Origin: Macrostomum lignano
Lineage: Eukaryota
Direction: 5' to 3'
Assembly: GCA_002269645.1 (NCBI GenBank)
Contig: NIVC01000461.1
Span: forward strand, 525,377 to 589,376
DNA: 64,000 bases
The notes beneath the pieces are model-generated. The model was not told where the DNA came from. It worked only from the letters and a program-made list of their open reading frames with translations, and made no database searches. Every line of letters starts with the position of its first letter. Within the stretch, counting starts at the first letter, position 1. A program made the position numbers and the translations under genes. Of this stretch, positions 12,127 through 26,186 are shown piece after piece.

Positions 12127-13964
12127 TAGTTATTTTAGACTAGGGGTTCAATAATATTTAATTTTCAAGATTTTTGAGATTTGCTTTTTTGTCAATACAA
12201 CATAAGATTCAAGTGCTACCAAATTTTTCAATGTCTAATTTGTCAACTATTTTGATGAGTTTGGTTTACCTTACCATGTACTATTGACAAGTTTAGTTAC
12301 TTAACAATAAGTTCACTATTGTCATTGACTAATATATTTACTTTACACTAAAAATTGAAGGACAAAGCCTATTGAGAAGATACATATAGGATAACAAAGA
12401 ATGGTTTTATTTGATATTAATTTTTTATAAGCTGTTAATACCCGCAGATTTTAAAGTCATTGAATTCTAATAATAAATCCCAGGAACTATTTTTGCACGC
12501 ATTTTAAAATCTAAAATCCAAAACCAAGTTAATGGTTGAGATAAGCAAAACTTGGGATTAAATTTGTTTAAAAGGTTTGTTTGTTTAATTTAAATATTTA
12601 TTCTAGTACTTATTTAAATAATGAAAGAAAAACTAAACTTATAAATTATAGTTAGTTTTTAATTATAATAATTAATTATTGTATAATTTCTTTATGTATA
12701 CTAGTGGCTATGCAATATAGTCTTAGCAACAATGCAATTTATACTAAGAGGTTTTTTGTTCATATGGTAAAGTGTGTATATGTACCCAAAATTTGAAATT
12801 GCACCTTGAAATTGATAACAGAGTGCAATTTAATTGTGATATTATTACCTATTTTGATAAGTAATAAAACTACTTAACTTTGACATGTTAGCTGGACTAA
12901 GTTAAGAGTCTTCAACCTTCTACAGAGAGTAGGCTGCATTAATAACTGGCTTGGGGTCTGCAGGCTACATGCTCCCCCCTCCCTCCCAACCCTTTTAACC
13001 CCCAACCCACACCTTTGCCTTGAATCTTACTGATATTAGCTAGCATTCTTTCTTACTTTCATTTCTACTCTTGACTGCATGTATATTTGTATACTAGGAG
13101 TAGTTAAAATAGTAATCCAAATGATTTTTAGGGCTGCATAAAATTTTTGAAGGCAACAATAAAACATACATGCCTAACACCTGTCCAACCTGTCTAAACT
13201 AGATAGTTGAAATAGCTGCCAGCCAAGATAAGTTGCAAAATTGAAAATGCTAAAAAAATGAAAAATTGGGTGAAGAAAGAAAGGAAAAGAAAGAAGGGAG
13301 TAGAGAGAAAAAGAAAGAGGACAAATAAAGAAAAAAAGAGAAAAAGGCAAGAAAAGTCATATACAAAGTGAAAATTAAGTCCCAATCGGAGAAATTAAGT
13401 TGCAATTGAGAGGAACTAAGTTGCAAATCTGGACAAAACTAAGTTGTACTGGATAGGTGAAATTTTAAGGTTGGGCATATATGCAGTGAAATCTGGTGAT
13501 AGAAGGTACATAGTCAAGTTTAGTTATATAGTCTTGGTAGGCCACATGTAATGCAAACTACTAAAAGTTGCCACAAGCTAAAAAAGGGCTTGCAGGCCAA
13601 AGGTTGGGGCCCCTAGACTAAATACTATCATTATAACTGATCCCATAGCTAAAGAAAAAATTGTTTTTGATTCTTAAGCTAAAGAAAATTTGCTTCAAAA
13701 GCTCACTTAAGTAGAAGATATAATGTCTATGCTAACAACTAAAATCAATTAAAGAGCAAGTTCCATGTGCAGAAAAAACAGTTACAATTTTTTATTGTCT
13801 TTCATACAGAAAGGCTATCAAACTTTTCAAATTAATAATTTTGAATTTGACAAAAACTGCTTAAAGCTTTTTGGGTATCATAATAAATATAAAGTAAAGA
13901 GAATTATTGTTTTATTATTATTTATTTTTATTTTATATATAATATAATTAGATATATAATATAT

Positions 13965-14160
13965 AGTGGATTCTTAACCCAGTCGGAACAATTTGTGTCC
14001 TTGAGCAAGACACTTAATACTGCATTGTTTCAGTTCACCCAGCTGTAAAATGGGTGCCAGCATTAGCTGGGGTAATTGAGAGTGTGTGTGGCAACCCCAG
14101 TCCTTGGACTGAACAGCCATAAGCAGCCTTAGATGTGCCACGCAATAGTTGTGGCTGACC
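13965..14160 (+). mobile_element. CORE-SINE-like relic
   Basis: GTGTCCTTGAGCAAGACACTTAA...TTCAGTTCACCCAGCTGTAAAATGGGT resembles the CORE domain of tRNA-derived SINEs. Boundaries approximate. Confidence 0.55.
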
Positions 14161-14454
14161 TATTGGTTGCACATGTGCCCATGTGCCCATTGAAGTTGGT
14201 TACATTTGGATTAAACATTGTCTACAAATATAGCTAATACCCCAATGAGGTCTCTGAAGCCATTTTTAGATATTTTTATACCAAACTTAGGTACATCATT
14301 TTTTATGGAAACTACCTGGTATATAATGCTAGCCAGCTAATATTATATTATGCAAGCAATTAATAAATTTATCTTTATCAAGAAGTCTATCTTAAAGGTG
14401 TAAAGAATTTCAGTAGCTAAAAATTCAGTTTCAGTTTTAATGATTATTTTTCAG

Positions 14455-17400
14455 GGAGACCCTGAGTCATTGATCATCACACCGCAGAGCTTTGCAGCAC
14501 TGCTAGGTGGCAGCTTTCAGGTGAGAATTTGTATATTTATTTAGAGAACTATGGATTAATAAACAGAATTTATCTAATAAAAATGGATCCAAAAGTAATT
14601 TCTTATTTGCATTCAGTCTAGAGAGACTTTTATAAAGCAAAAAATGAACTTAGGTCCTAGTTTGGTCAGGTTATTTTTCTGTACCAACAGCAGTGAATTC
14701 AACTTTATCAATTAAATTTAGCTGCTGCTGATCGACTGCCGCTCGTTCCTTGAGTTCAACACCAGCTGCATACGCGGCGCTATCAATGTGTGCTGTTCGC
14801 GGCTTGTTAGGAAACGTCTGCAACAGGGCAAGGTGAGGAGTAACCTGTGTTGTGTAATAATTGGCAAATATATTGTTAAAAATTGATTTATGGAGTCGGC
14901 CACTTGTGTGATCAACGAGTGTCCAGTGAGACATAACGGTAGAAATTAAAATAAAAGCCACAGACTCTATATTATCTATATGTGTCACTCGCAGCATTCT
15001 CCCAGCACTCCCCCACAGACACTCCCCCACAGGCCACAGACACTGGGTGCTGCTAATGCTTGAGAGCAGCAAAATCTTTACTCTATGGTCCTAACCCATA
15101 GAGTGACATTATTCTGAGATAAAGCCTGCATGAGCTGTCATAGTCTATGGGCCAAAAGTACGAGCTAGATGCCCGAAATCTGCTTTGAGCTGCTTTGGCA
15201 TTTTATATTTAGATAATTCTCTTGGTTGAACAGTTGCCTATCCAGGACGTCAAGGTTGAGGCTGATCTCTCCCGTGGGAAAAAATAAATCTTTGTGCTCA
15301 ATCGTCAATTGGATATTTTTCATTTTACGAGGGAGAGAGAAGCTTCTCAAGCCAGATTCAATATTTTCTACCGCCGCTACGCGCCACCATTTGATGCGGA
15401 TAGTGTTACGCCCGCCTGCTTGTCATAGAGAGGGAGGTTGGGAGGTTTCGGTTGGTAGCAAATAATAAGTGATAAAATCGTATATCCGATCTGATTAAAC
15501 TAAATCTCCGCTAAGGTCTCCTACCCTCCCTCATAGTATGCGTCACCCAACATTGCGGTTTGGCGTAGCGCCTCCCCCCACCCTCCAAGATCAAGGCCAA
15601 TAATGCCGACCGTGTGCAAAATGACGTCAGCGTGTGTTGCAGTCGTGCGCGTAAATGTTAGCTATAAAATATATTTAATCGTATAGTCCTATGCCTGTTA
15701 GCATAAGCTGTTATATACATGTGTGTGATTCGCTTGTTATAGCAACCTTTAACAGCTACTTGTTATCCAGCGCAGTCTGTGTTCTGACTATTCTGACTCA
15801 TTCTGCATAGAGTGCACGCATTAAGCGAGGCTCTTTCAAGGTCAAAAACGCTTTTTTTAACTAACCCCATTTAACCAAGTAAATTTCTGATAGGAGCATT
15901 TTCAACTGGGTTGATCAATGATTCATTGTTCATTATGAGCATTTCCAACTGGGATGATCATCTCTCATTATGAGCATTTTCAACTAGGTGATCAATGCTC
16001 ATTATGAACATTTTCAACTATGTGATCAATGTTTATTATGAGCATTTTCAACTATGTAATCAATGTTTATTATGAGCATTTTCAACTATGTGATCAATGT
16101 TTATTATGAGCATTTTCAACTAGGTGATCAATGCTCATTATGAGCATTTTCAACTAGGTGATCAATGCTCATTATGAGCATTTCAATTGGGATGATCATT
16201 GATTCATTGTTCATTATGAGCATTTTCAACTAGGTGATCAATGCTCATTATGAGCATTTCAATTGGGATGATCATTGATTCATTGTTCATTATGAGCATT
16301 TTCAACTAGGTGATCAATGCTCATTATGAGCATTTCAATTGGGATGATCATTGATTCATTGTTCATTATGAGCATTTTCAACTAGGTGATCAATGCTCAT
16401 TATGAGCATTTCAATTGGGATGATCATTGATTCATTGTTCATTATGAGCATTTTCAACTGGGATGATCATTTCTTTTTATGAGCATTTTCAATCGGGATG
16501 ATCATTGCTCATTATGAGCATTTTCAACTGCGATGATCATTGCTCATTATGAGCATTTTCAAATTGGATGATCATTGCTCATTATGGGCATTTTAAATTG
16601 GGATGGTCATTGCTCATTATGGGCATTTTCAACTGGGATGATCATTGCTCATTATGGTGATAAGGGGCTCTTAATTGGAATGACTATTACTAGTATCGGG
16701 ATTTTTAGCAGGATGGCCATTGCTCGTATTGGGATTTCTAAAGATGACTACTTCTCATATTGGGATTTTTGATGGGGATTTCGAGATCAAATCTGCTCAG
16801 TTCCTCGGAATGCTCAGCTCATACGCAGATTTTCGTGGAGGCTGGTGGGTTGGGAGATTTTCGCCGGATTAGAGGCATCTGTTGCTATTAGCTAGTCCCG
16901 AGGGATGTTCTGTAAATTTTTTCCGGCTTATTTGCTATTCATATCTTCACTTACTTATCTGTGTGTATAACAAAAATCATCTATCCTTTTATTAATGCAT
17001 TCTCAAATATTGATTGCGCAACCAATATTTGCATGTTTCTGAGTAACTGATTTTACATGTATAATACTGTTACAGAAGGGCAGGCTGTTTGTGCGTGTAT
17101 AGAATGTGTCATTGAGCTTGCTATGTTAGATTAGCTACTTAATAATAGTGAGCTGTAGTGGCTTAGGTAAGCCTGGACAATTGAGAATTGTGTGAGAACT
17201 ATAAACGATTACTCACACTTAAGCTAAACTGCAGAGACCGAACATTCGTGCGTGTGAATAATTTCACGTTTACCTTGCGGGTACGCGGCTGGCTGGCCAT
17301 ACACCCTAGATCCATTGATTTTCCCCATTACTGTAGAGTATCCATATTGAGTTTATAGTTGTTTTTTGTAGAGTAGTGAATCCCGGATGGCTTGTGTGAC

Positions 17401-20400
17401 ACACATGATTGACAAACTTGTCCGATATGGGTAAGGCGTTAGTTTCTGTTTATTTACTCTGCGTAAATTAATGAAATATGATGGTTAGATATGGTATTTG
17501 CGTTCTATAGGGGCCGTAGTCTAGTGTTTTAGTGCCTAGTGCCCAGGCTCGATTCCAGGTGTAGTTGCATTAATTTGGGGCTAAATCGGAATCTCAGCTT
17601 GGCTCTGTTTGTGCAATTAACGCCATTGAGGGCCAACCCCCACAAGGCACAGTGAAGTGTACATGCCTAACCATAAATAAAAGTTAGGGCCGCTGTACAG
17701 ATCCTGTGTGAGTGTGTGCCTGTGCGGATGACTGCTCAGGGGAGTCGACGGAATGGGCAATAATGCCTCTCGCAGGTATGTATGTGACAGTGACAATGTC
17801 GATTATTAAAGTGCACCAGGGTGCATGTAGCTCCCTGTCTTTAATAAAGAAATAACGTCTTATACTACTGAAATATAAGTAGAAATAAGAGATAGATTCC
17901 GTATTATGAAATGAAATTTATGAAGAACGCTGGCTCATACAGGGAAGTGAAGAAATTTCAGTGCAATGTGTTTTTGTTTACTTCACTTAACATCTAAAAA
18001 TAGTAGTTTGTAAAGTGTCAAATGGAGCTTACTTCGCGTTAGTCTGCTTGCCCGCGACAACTGAAAATAAGAATACGCGAAATCGATAGCCCCTATAGCA
18101 GGCAAGGTGCGTGTTTACCTTACCTTATTGTACCTGCGCTGTGCACCTGACTGACTGACTCATCGGCCCGCACTGCTATAGCCTCGATAGCCTGCTTATT
18201 GCTAGAAATACTTCAACTTAGATTTCCTGTTTGCGTCTCCTGCTGCCAAATATAGATAGAATTATTGTTTTAAGTAAGCTTAAGTAAAATCCCGAGGGCA
18301 ACGCGTGTTGATTAACCGTTTTTTTAATTATTATGGTGCCTGTGATTATCAAAACTGTTAATTAGATTTAACCATCTTTATTTTAATAGAAATTTCTCGA
18401 ATACAGAGTGTTCGGCCCGTTAATAATTTGTTGTCTCAAGGCTAGTTCAAGTTTCCAATTGAATTTTATTTAGTAAAAGAAGCGACCATGAAATCTGGGA
18501 AGTCTACGAAAAAATGCCAAAATTGCTAGAGTTATGCTTTCGCTCTACTATAAGTAGCGTTTATTTTTAAGCGATTGATTAGTAAGATATTTAAATTCAG
18601 TTTTATTGACTGCATTTAGCTGCGCAATCCAATGCGTGACCTGTCGCGCCCTCATTTTTTACCCAATTCACTTCAAGCAGCTTCTCCTCCCTCGGGCCGG
18701 ACAATTACGTAATTGAGGGGAGTGGGCGAGCGTGTGTTTTTCTTTCTTACTTCTCTCCTCTCCTCACTCACTCCGCGCATCATCGTCACTTTGTGGCGGT
18801 GACTAATGCTTAATGCTGGGCTTGGGCCGCGGTTTTGCCTCGATTGACCTCCCTTTTCTTCTCTTTTTTTTCTAACCCGCAAATCTTCCTGTTTCCCTTG
18901 GGAGACTTCTGGTAAGCATAAGTCCTGGCATATCGAGTCACAGTGCGTATGCGCCAACTATATGGGGCATATATAATGTTTTTCTCTCAATTTTTCTGTT
19001 TTATAGGCTCTCCAATCCTTATTCCCTTGAGCGGTTTCTTAAATCTTTGTCTACCTGGCTTTAGCATCCCTCCCCCGAGCTCTTGCGTTGCATAATAATA
19101 ATCCCACTAACGGATGCTGGGCTATTGGGATTTGAGAATCCGGTGCTCAGGCAGTTGAATTTTACAGTTTAAAAACTGTTTGTTGGTACGCGTTGCCACT
19201 GCACGGCCGTTGTCAGCGCTTGTATAATAATAATAATATTAATAGTTGTGTGTAAAGAGTGAGTCAACGTATTTATTGCTTGGGCGTATGGCATTGGGAA
19301 ATGGGAAAGGAAAGAAAATGAAAGGGATGAGGGAGAGACATGGGAGGAAGAGAGAGAGAGAGGGGGCGTTCTGGGTTGTGACCTTAGCTGGCAGTGCTTC
19401 AGCTGGGGAATGGCTTTGCATTATAGTCACTTTGGTGGTTAAAGTGGCTGCTGATTCGTGTCACCAATTCTAATTGAATTGAACCGGGAGCGTTGGCTAA
19501 ACAGAAGACTGTACGATCTTTTAGATTGCCTGATTCCCAGTCTGGGAGGATGAGTGACCTTGTGTAGGCTTACTAGTAATAACCGTTAGGAATGACGATT
19601 GACCTGCTAGGGGATTTAGGGAGGGCGAGTGACTTACACACACTACGAGTACCAGTTAGAAAGGCCGAGTGACCTAGACCTACTAGGAGTCCCAGTTAGA
19701 GGCTGAGTGACCTAGAGCCATTGAGTGTGCCATCTAGAGAGGCCGAATGACCTAGACCCTCTGAGAGTGCCAACTAGAGAGGCTGAATAACCTAGACCCA
19801 CTGAGAGTGCAATTTAGAGAGGCCGAGTGACATAGACCCACTGAGAGTGCCAATTAGAGAGGCTGAATGACCTAGACCCACTGAGAGTGCCAATTAGAGA
19901 GGCTGAATGACCTAGACCCACTGAGAGTGCAATTTAGAGAGGCCAAGTGACCTAGACCTACTGAGAGTGCCATCTAGAGAGGCCGAGTGACATAGACCCA
20001 CTGAGAGTAACAATTAGAGAGGCCGAGTGACCTAGACCCACTGAGAGTAACAATTAGAGAGGCCGAGTGACCTAGACCCACTGAGAGTAACAATTAGAGA
20101 GGCCGAGTGACCTAGACCCACTGAGAGTAACAATTAGAGAGGCCGAATGACTTAGACCCACCCAGTGAGAGTGCCAATTAGAGAGGCCGAGTGACCTAGA
20201 GCCACTTAGAGTGCCAGTACTCCAATTGCAATGAATAATCGCTAAACTTTGAAAATATTCCGCAGCTGTCAATCGACGATCTGATCGCCTCGGGCAGTCT
20301 TGGCGGCGCTCGAACGCCTCCGTCGCCGAAGTCGCCGCCAGCTGGGGAAGCCTCCGCATCGGGAAGCGCCGAGAGTTTGGGTGTGCAGGCCGCCAAGGGC

Positions 20401-23400
20401 CCCGAGCCCGACCTGGTTGTTGTGTACGATCAGTGCTCAGATCGGCCGCCAATTGAAGCGGGCGATTCCAGCTTCCTAATGCTGCTGATGCAGCGCCTGG
20501 TGCGACAGTACAAAGCTGTCCGCCTGCTGCAGGGTGAGGCTGCTGATGACTCACTGCCCCCCTCTCCCTCTCTCTCAAGCCGGCTTCTTTTGAAGTTATG
20601 ATCTGTAGTTGAGTGGACGATCTAGATAATTTCAATTTTCCTCCCAACAACTAACTATAGGATGAATTGAACTTTTTTGTATCCATTTACAATCCCCTTC
20701 TGAGTCACTTCGAATGGGGGGAAGTGGATCCTGTTTCTGGACTCGGAAATCGGTTCTGAATAGAGTGGCCGCGCCTGGTCCTAGGAATTTATCTATCCGC
20801 ATGTGTGCGCGCAGTCATAGCGTTCAGATACAGCCCTAGATTTTTAGCTATGACTAACAATCTTTGTTTAAGTGCTTTAAAGCGTTTAACCCAAGCGCTC
20901 GTGTCTGTCTCTGTCTTTCTAATGCTGTCTTGGGTTTGGCGGTCCACCCCGGCAGTTACTAGCTGAAGTAGCTAATTACTCATCTTATTGCTTAGTCACA
21001 ATTTAGCCGCTTTATTTCGGCACCCACCCGCCAACTATATAGACTTTGCTAGTTTTTGTTGTTTGTACGACATCTTGAATAGCTTTGGAGGTATCACCCG
21101 AGTTGTCTTTGTCTTATCATATTTTCATGCCCAAGTTGCTAGTTTGTTCCCAGTTGTCTCATTGGGTGAGATTTTGAAACTTCTGTGTCTCACGGGTGAG
21201 ATTTTGGGACCTCTGTGTCTCATTGGGTGAGATTTTGAGACTTCTGTGTCTCACGGGTGAGATTTTGGGACCTCTGTGTCTCATTGGGTGAGATTTTGAG
21301 ACTTCTGTGTTTCACGGGTGAGATTTTGGGACCTCTGTGTCTCATTGGGTGAGATTTTGAGACTTCTGTGTCTCACGGGTGAGATTTTGCGACCTCTGTG
21401 TCTCATTGGGTGAGATTTTGGGACTTCTGTGTCTCACGGTTGAGATTTTGGGACCTCTGTGTCTCATTGGGTGAGATTTTGAGACTTCTGTGTCTCACGG
21501 GTGAGATTTTGGGACCTCTGTGTCTCATTGGGTGAGATTTTGAGACTTCTGTGTCTCACGGTTGAGATTTTGGGACCTCTGTGTCTCATTGGGTGAGATT
21601 TTGAGACTTCTGTGTCTCACGGGTGAGATTTTGGGACCTCTGTGTCTCATTGGGTGAGATTTTGAGACTTCTGTGTCTCACGGGTGAGATTTTGGGACCT
21701 CTGTGTCTCATTGGGTGAGATTTTGAGACTTCTGTGTCTCACGGGTGAGATTTTGGGACCTCTGTGTCTCATTGGGTGAGATTTTGAGACTTCTGTGTCT
21801 CACGGGTGAGATTTTGGGACCTCTGTGTCTCATTGGGTGAGATTTTGAGACTTCTGTGTCTCACGGGTGAGATTTTGGGACCTCTGTGTCTCATTGGGTG
21901 AGATTTTGAGACTTCTGTGTCTCACGGGTGAGATTTTGGGACCTCTGTGTCTCATTGGGTGAGATTTTGAGACTTCTGTGTCTCACGGGTGAGATTTTGG
22001 GACCTCTGTGTCTCATTGGGTGAGATTTTGAGACTTCTGTGTCTCACGGGTGAGATTTTGGGACCTCTGTGTCTCATTGGGTGAGATTTTGAGACTTCTG
22101 TGTCTCACGGGTGAGATTTTTAGGACTGCTGTGTCTTACAGATTGCGTCTATTTAAAGTATTTTTGCATGCTTTTTAGGTTGCTTGAAAATAAGAAATTG
22201 GCTGGGTAGCAGGTGCTTAGCTGCTATTGACGGCAACTCCTTGTTATTTCTTTGAAGCAGCAGACTCGCGCCGCAGCTTTCCTCCCGAGTTGGGAGTCAG
22301 TTGTCTCTGTTGATTAAAAAGTAGATTATAAAAATGCAGAAAGAATTGGATATGGGGAGCCTATTTAGACCGGTTATTAATCCACTGGTTGATAATCTGG
22401 CAGTTCGCATGAGTCACCAAATTGAAATATGGCCATAGCCAGACTGTATACAATACGCAGGTCCTTCCTGTTTCATATATCGGCCATTTTATTTATGTTT
22501 GTTATACTACGGCTTAATCAAGGACAGCTTAAGTAGAATTCTGGTTTCTTAGAAAATTTTGAGAGCTCATTGTTTTGTGATGGAGTAAACGAATAAATGA
22601 AAATTTCCTATCTGCGTAGTGTGTTTTCCTGCGCAAACCCAGTCCTGCTCAAGTCGTCCTTGGTCTTGTGGGTTAATGTTACAACAACTGAGTCATTGCG
22701 CTTGTTTAAGGAGGCCGCACTATTAGCTAATAATATTTATCAAGTGCTGCTCTGCGGCTGACGAATTGTCAACGCTTTGTAGTGAGCTGGCACGTGCGCG
22801 CAGTCATATGATGTCAACACATCCAGCGCTCTCTCAGCCCGTCCAATGTATTTTTTGTTTAAAAAAAGAAACTCAACGCGCTTAGTCAGATTCTCTGTTC
22901 AACTGGCGACAGGGGCCGCTCGGGGGGGGGGGGTAGCCCCGCTGCGTTGGCCTTAGCAACGGGAGTGGGCTTGGTTGGCAACGCTACGGAGATTCCCCCC
23001 TCAACCCCACCCCCACGTCCCCTTATTGTCGCCCGCCCACTTAGTCAGCATTTCAGCCTCTCAGTTCTAATTAAATACTGCCGCTGGGTACATTGCTTGT
23101 GCGTGTTTCTCTTTTTCTAAAACCTATTCGGGAGAGAGGGCGGCGTTGCACATTGCTATAGTGATAGTCGCTCGCTGATTTGCTAAGGCTGTCCACTGAG
23201 GGAGAGAGAGCAGAGTGCGCCCGCCTCCCACCCCTTGCATTTATCTTTTCTATAACTTATTCGACTCTCGGGATAGGAGGGTGCGAGTTATATCAACACG
23301 CGGCCATATTGCTCTGTCACCCTGTCCTCCTGTCCGCCCAGTCATCATTTTTTATTAATCTTCTACTGTGATCGATTTGCCCGTCACGATTTGCAATAAG

Positions 23401-26186
23401 CATGCTTGAAAATCGTGGCGGTACCGGCGGCGGCGTTAACGCCATCGTCACAGATCATCCCCCGGCCGCCTCTGTCGTAGTCAATAGGCCCCGGCCTCCC
23501 TGTCGATTGTCCCTATCGACGCCAATGGCCGCTGCTTTAGCCTCTCCGTTGAGCCCAATCTCGGCTAATCCATGCGTTACCATGGCAACAACGCCGACAA
23601 CAAATTTGGCGCGAAAGCGTCGCACCTGTATGGGTAAGAATCGATTCAAAAAGGATTAGCTAGGGCCCCTAATTGCCGTAGAATCCTCATTACAAGCTGG
23701 GGTGTGGCTTGCATTTTGTCACTCTGCGCTGCTCCCATTGCTCAGCCCCGCTCCAATCTGCTTTGCTTTGGTTTTGACTATTTTCTGCCGCTTTTTTGCT
23801 ATCTTAGCAAAATCTTGTAACCATTATATCAGGTTGAGCTATTTCCTATATCAGGCTTAGCTATTTCCTATATCAGGCTGATCTATTTCCTATATCAGGC
23901 TGAGCTACTTCCTATATCAGGCTGAGCTACTTCCTATATCAGGCTGAGCTACTTCCTATATCAGGCTGAGCTACTTCCTATATCAGGCTGAGCTACTTCC
24001 TATATCATGCTGAGCTACTTCCTATATCAGGCTGAGCTACTTCTCAGAATCATGTCAACGCTGTTATCAGCCTTTCTACTGTGAACTGGGTTTTTATTAT
24101 GAAAAATCTTCTCACCTCTAGGCGGCTTCCTCAGCTTCTCGGCCGGCTATCCGCAGCACTGCGAGTCCAAGACCAGCCAGGACCCGGAGGCTAGCGAGAA
24201 ACCCGCAGCTGAGCCTTCCGCTATCAGCCAGGGCCCGACTCGGGTGCTCAACTTTCTGTACGTCGGTTCGCAAGCCGACGCTCTAGACGAGGAGGTAATC
24301 AGACGGCACGGCATCACGCACATCCTGAACGTCAGCTCCTCCTGTCCGCAGTCTCGGCACGTGTCGCCTGATAATTTTCTACGCATCTCCGTTAACGATG
24401 GTTATGTTGACAGGCTGTTGCCGCATTTTCAACAGGCGTTTCAGTTTCTTGGTGAGCAATTCTTTTCATTAACATTTTTAATGGAGTTAACGATACCTAG
24501 CTCAGCGACTCTCGCGCCACGAACCCTGGTTCGATTCCTTGTGCGGCCACATCAGACGGTTAGAAAATCAGGGCCGCTGTACACATGACTCAAAAAACTG
24601 TAATGTGACAGAGAGGCGACTGACTCTCTAGATAAACTCTAGATATAGTTTTCATAAATGCAAAATGCGATTCTTATTCATAAGTGACGCAGATGGCTTT
24701 AGACGCAACTCAGTGATTCCACAGCGACTCGGGCATGCCTCAGATCCGACTCTGCGGCCCCCCGAGTCATTATAGAAGCGCCCCAGAGTCGTTTCAGAGT
24801 CGCAGGCAATAAAACATCTCAAATTTATCTTTGACGACTACTTGGCAACTTTTACCGTGGCATCTCGTCGTTTTAGAGTTGTCTGGAGACACTTCTTTCC
24901 TAGTTTACCTGGGTTACCTGTAACGCCTTTGAAACGTTAAATGAGTGTGGCCGCGCACGCAATCGAACCCACGTACCACTGAGCTACTCCGCCCCATCCC
25001 ATAGAAAGGCTTGGCTTTCTTAGGCTCGTCTCAGTTTGCATTCGCCATTCCATCGGTCCTTCAATTCAGAAAATGTCCGCGAAACGTCCGGCCGCTGTCT
25101 CGTCCACTGCCTGGCCGGCATCTCGCGGTCGCCCACGCTGTCGATCGCCTATATTATGAAGCACAAGAAGATGTCTCATGAGGACGCCTACAAGTAGGAA
25201 TTTGTTAATTATTATTATTTCAATTGTGTAATATTAGTTTCTGTAGGGAAATGTTTCATTTACTTTGCTATCCACATTTCCGCAGATTTGTCAAAGAGAA
25301 GCGAACCAACATATCGCCAAACTTTAACTTCCTGGGCCAGCTGCTTGAATTCGAAAAGCAATTGAAACGTTCGGAGAGCTTCTCCGAAGCCGCCTCGCCA
25401 TCCGGCGGCGGTGGCGGCAGCGGCGGAGACGGCAGCGACTGTTGGGAGGCGAAACGACAGCGCACGACCGTTGCGAGCAGCCGCAGCCAGCCAGCGGGCT
25501 TCCTCCGGCCGCCGCCGCCTCCGCCGCTGCCAGCCTCGGCACAGAGTCCCACCACGGCGCTATCGCGGCTGTCCTTCACGCCGTGCGCCTCGGCGGCCGC
25601 CCTTCAACATCACAACCACCTGCCGGACTTTCCCGGCACCAGCCTGGAGCAGGTGGCCGTCACGCCCTGCCGGTCCGCCGCCGCTGCCACCTGCTCCGCT
25701 CCACCTACTCCGCCACCTCCGCTCACGTCGGCTCTGCCTCCGCCGCCGCCGCCTCCGGCGCCAGTTCGCACCACCAGCCGTCGAGTCAGCGGCCAACAGG
25801 CATCGGCAGGCAGCGGATCTTCGGCAGCCTCGCCGGCAGCGTCTTCGAATAGCGGGCAAGCCAGCCGACCTCACAGCGTTGTGCTGTCGGCTGCCTCTGC
25901 CGCCGCCGCTGTTCGCAAGAGCCAATCGGAGAATCACCTGCTCAGCGAGGAGGACGATCGAAGCAGCGGCAGCAGCAGCAGTTTGGCGGCCACTTATGCA
26001 GCGGCGGCTGCGGCGGCGGCTGCTGCGGCGGCGGCTGCAGCCGTGGCGGACGGCGGCCGGTCCCGCTCAACGGAGAACCTGGCAGCTGACGCGGCCTGCG
26101 CGGCTAGCGGCGGCAGCATGAAGTCGCTGTCTAGTAGCGCTTCTAATGGGTCCCACGGCAGTCAGGAGATTCTCACCTATTCATAG
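14455..26186 (+). CDS. DUSP16: Dual-specificity MAP kinase phosphatase, DUSP8/DUSP16 (MKP-7) group, about 600 aa, at least 6 exons
   Basis: join(14455..14520,14722..14832,20266..20533,24122..24451,25070..25193,25286..26186) = 1800 nt, frame-consistent. Rhodanese domain LLIDCRSFLEFN with docking motif RLVRKRLQQGK; catalytic VHCLAGISRS; FVKEKRTNISPNFNFLGQL; C-terminal GSQEILTYS resembles the DUSP8/16 GS.E.IEVS end. Start is either an in-frame ATG at 14440 or an unseen upstream exon. DUSP8 versus DUSP16 cannot be resolved. Confidence 0.88.
15890..16660. repeat. 34/42-bp alternating minisatellite (AGCATTTTCAACTAGGTGATCAATGCTCATTATG)
   Basis: Tandem units in DUSP intron 2; a 76-bp dimer period is visible in the centre. 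Confidence 0.9.
17510..17770 (+). mobile_element. tRNA-derived SINE-like relic
   Basis: A-box-like GGGGCCGTAGTCTAGTG and B-box-like GGCTCGATTCC (17546); shares GGGCCGCTGTACA with the relic at 24500-24590. Confidence 0.45.
19660..20215. repeat. 40-bp minisatellite (GAGAGGCCGAGTGACCTAGACCCACTGAGAGTAACAATTA), about 13 copies
   Basis: Tandem units ending about 50 nt before the DUSP exon 3 acceptor. Confidence 0.92.
21155..22130. repeat. 61-bp dimeric minisatellite (31 + 30 bp subunits), about 16 copies
   Basis: TTGGGTGAGATTTTGAGACTTCTGTGTCTCA + CGGGTGAGATTTTGGGACCTCTGTGTCTCA; period confirmed by a 1-nt shift per 60-nt line. Confidence 0.95.
23825..24045. repeat. 22-bp minisatellite (TATATCAGGCTGAGCTACTTCC), about 10 copies
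   Basis: Tandem units ending about 75 nt before the DUSP exon 4 acceptor. Confidence 0.92.
24498..24990. mobile_element. Two short tRNA-head SINE relics in inverted orientation (24498-24590 plus, 24945-24990 minus)
   Basis: Both carry TAGCTCAG, GGTTCGATT and GCGGCCACA. Confidence 0.5.

Noticed and set aside
12143-13613. Possible 1.47-kb element bounded by GGGG/CCCC with TAGACTA direct repeats
   Set aside because: Inverted match too short; TSD length atypical; no coding remnant.
17510-24990. A-box/B-box segments as genuine tRNA genes
   Set aside because: No cloverleaf or anticodon arm; consistent with SINE heads.
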